Below are positions 62,415-64,000 of a stretch of 64,000 nucleotides of DNA, one piece after another; the first letter of the stretch is position 1, and each line of letters opens with the position of its first letter. The DNA is taken from NCBI GenBank assembly GCA_965199495.1, contig CBDASK010000003.1, positions 960,001 through 1,024,000 on the forward strand. Reading direction: 5' to 3'. The notes under the pieces were generated by a model. The model was not told where the DNA came from. It ran no database searches and was given only the letters and a program-made list of their open reading frames with translations. The translations under genes were made by a program, and so were the position numbers. This DNA is from Abditibacterium sp. Its GTDB lineage: Bacteria > Armatimonadota > Abditibacteriia > Abditibacteriales > Abditibacteriaceae.

Positions 62415-62528
62415 TTTTAACCCGTAGAGACACCGACTTGTCGTGTCTAAAACGTAAGTGAACTCGTTGAGCTTTATAAGAACCATAACGTTTTAGACAC
62501 GACAAGTCGGTGTCTCTACGGGTTAAAA
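62415..62528. repeat. GTAG-type REP doublet, family D
   Basis: 41-bp perfect inverted arms CCCGTAGAGACACCGACTTGTCGTGTCTAAAACGT. Confidence 0.9.
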
Positions 62529-62644
62529 GAGTCGCATCAAACAAAACATCTTAAAACACCTGTGCCGCATTTCGCCTTACTTAACCTTGCGCGTTTTTGT
62601 CAAAATTAAAGAGGTCGTTCTCCCCGCGCCACTGAGGTCACTTC

Positions 62645-63949
62645 TTGATTCCCATATTTTCCCGTTGCACTTTCCTTTTCGCCAGCACGTCCGCCCTCGC
62701 CCTGCTCGCCGTGAGCGGTTGCTCGTCCAAATCCGGCACCGGCTCAGGTGCAGCCACGCCGACGAGTTTGAATATCGTTTCGCCGCATTCGCACGAAATT
62801 CGCGACGAATTTGAGGCGATATGGATGAAATCGTATCCCGAAACTTCGATTAAATGGATTGACCAAGGCGGCACTGCGGACGATTTGAAATTTGTGCGCG
62901 ACCAATTCTCCACCGGCAGCAAAGACAAAGGTATCGGCATTGACCTGTTTTTTGGCGGCGGCGGCGAAACTTTCACCGAACTCGAAAACGATAAATTGCT
63001 GGCGCCTTTGCCACAAACTTACGGCGTGCCCGCGCAATTGAATGGCGTACCATTGGTCGGCAAAAACAGCGATTGGGTGGCGGCGGCTTTGTCGGGTTTT
63101 GGCATTTTGTATAACAAGAAAATCGCCGCGCGCGATGGGTTGCCGATTCCACAAACGTGGTCGGATTTGGCTAATCCCCAATTGCAGGAGCGCGTCGAAT
63201 TGGCCGATCCGCGCCATTCGGGTTCGGCGCACACGGCTTACGAGATTATTCTGCAAACCAACGGCTGGGACAAAGGCTGGAAAATTTTGACGGCGATGAC
63301 CGGCAACGCGCGCAAATTCGCGAGTTCTTCGTCCGAGCCGTTGCAAGACGTGAAAAATGGCGAAGCCGTGTTTTGCTCAGCGATTGATTTTTATGCGACC
63401 AACGCCATCGCGCAGGCGGGCAAGGACAAATTGGGTTATATCGAACCCAAAGGCCAGAACATCCTGACTGCTGACCCAATCGCGCTGTTGCCGGGCGCGC
63501 CCAACGCCGAAAAAGCCAAAGAGTTCATTGCAATGGTGCTGTCGCCCGCGGGGCAGAAGCTGTGGTTCGCGCCGCAGGGCACGCCCGGCGGGCCAGCCAA
63601 CGCCACGCTTTATCGTTTGCCAGCGCTGCCCGCCGCTTACAAAGATATTCCCAAAGGCGCGTGGACGCAAACCGATCCCTATGCTACCAAAGTGACGGCC
63701 AACTACGACGCGAATAAAGCCGCTGGACGCCGTCGCGCCTTGGACGATTTGATCGGCTCGGTTCTGGTGGATAACTTGAATATGATCAAGCGCGATTGGA
63801 AAAAGAATCCGATTCTGGATCAAGTCGGCTATGTTCCAGTCAGCGAAGCCGATTTCGCTGTAATCGCGACCAAATGGGACGACCCGCAGTTCGCTAATAC
63901 CACCAAAACCGCGTGGAATGCGGCGGCGCAAAAACATTTCGGCGGATAG
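62645..63949 (+). CDS. ABC transporter substrate-binding lipoprotein (Fe3+/AfuA-like)
   Basis: VSGC lipobox, DLFFGGG, GILYNK, P.TW.DL, ADPRHSGSA, A.EFI..VLS..GQ. Confidence 0.85.
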   Translation: MIPIFSRCTFLFASTSALALLAVSGCSSKSGTGSGAATPTSLNIVSPHSHEIRDEFEAIWMKSYPETSIKWIDQGGTADDLKFVRDQFSTGSKDKGIGIDLFFGGGGETFTELENDKLLAPLPQTYGVPAQLNGVPLVGKNSDWVAAALSGFGILYNKKIAARDGLPIPQTWSDLANPQLQERVELADPRHSGSAHTAYEIILQTNGWDKGWKILTAMTGNARKFASSSSEPLQDVKNGEAVFCSAIDFYATNAIAQAGKDKLGYIEPKGQNILTADPIALLPGAPNAEKAKEFIAMVLSPAGQKLWFAPQGTPGGPANATLYRLPALPAAYKDIPKGAWTQTDPYATKVTANYDANKAAGRRRALDDLIGSVLVDNLNMIKRDWKKNPILDQVGYVPVSEADFAVIATKWDDPQFANTTKTAWNAAAQKHFGG

Positions 63950-64000
63950 TTTTCAATTTCACCAATGCTCTCGCTTTCTTTCCAGAACATCCGAAAACAG

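Overview
A GC-rich bacterial chromosomal window. Gene content and style resemble Abditibacteriota/Armatimonadota, which is an inference. Housekeeping genes (galE, cdaR, cdaA, alr, tatA, dnaG, moaA, sufT, sufE, uvrA, purB, clcA, pfkA, msrB, tRNA-fMet and two tRNA-Ala) and carbohydrate-active enzymes (CE15, GH92, GH16, GH2, GT4) are interleaved with single defence-type insertions and gene relics. Highlights: (1) An ATP-independent restriction-modification locus (44218-48553). Its nuclease-methylase gene ends in a textbook -1 ribosomal frameshift signal: U_UUU_UUU immediately before the stop, a 5-nt spacer and an 18-bp stem-loop. A shift would fuse the enzyme to the specificity subunit. The S gene has an in-frame TAA, and a third unknown gene is translationally coupled. 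(2) A two-gene Druantia-like module (954-aa orphan plus 1785-aa DEAH/DUF1998 helicase) directly upstream of dnaG. (3) A low-GC Zn-finger/Mrr-like nuclease flanked by WD40-like scraps. (4) At least five unrelated families of intergenic palindromes or short tandem repeats, two of which have been absorbed into coding 3' ends. (5) Several hidden pseudogenes: a doubly frameshifted ParDE-like toxin-antitoxin pair, an HTTM gene, a Type ISP methylase fragment and others. No CRISPR array, integrase, transposase or rRNA was seen. All family assignments are from motif recognition by eye; no database search was run.
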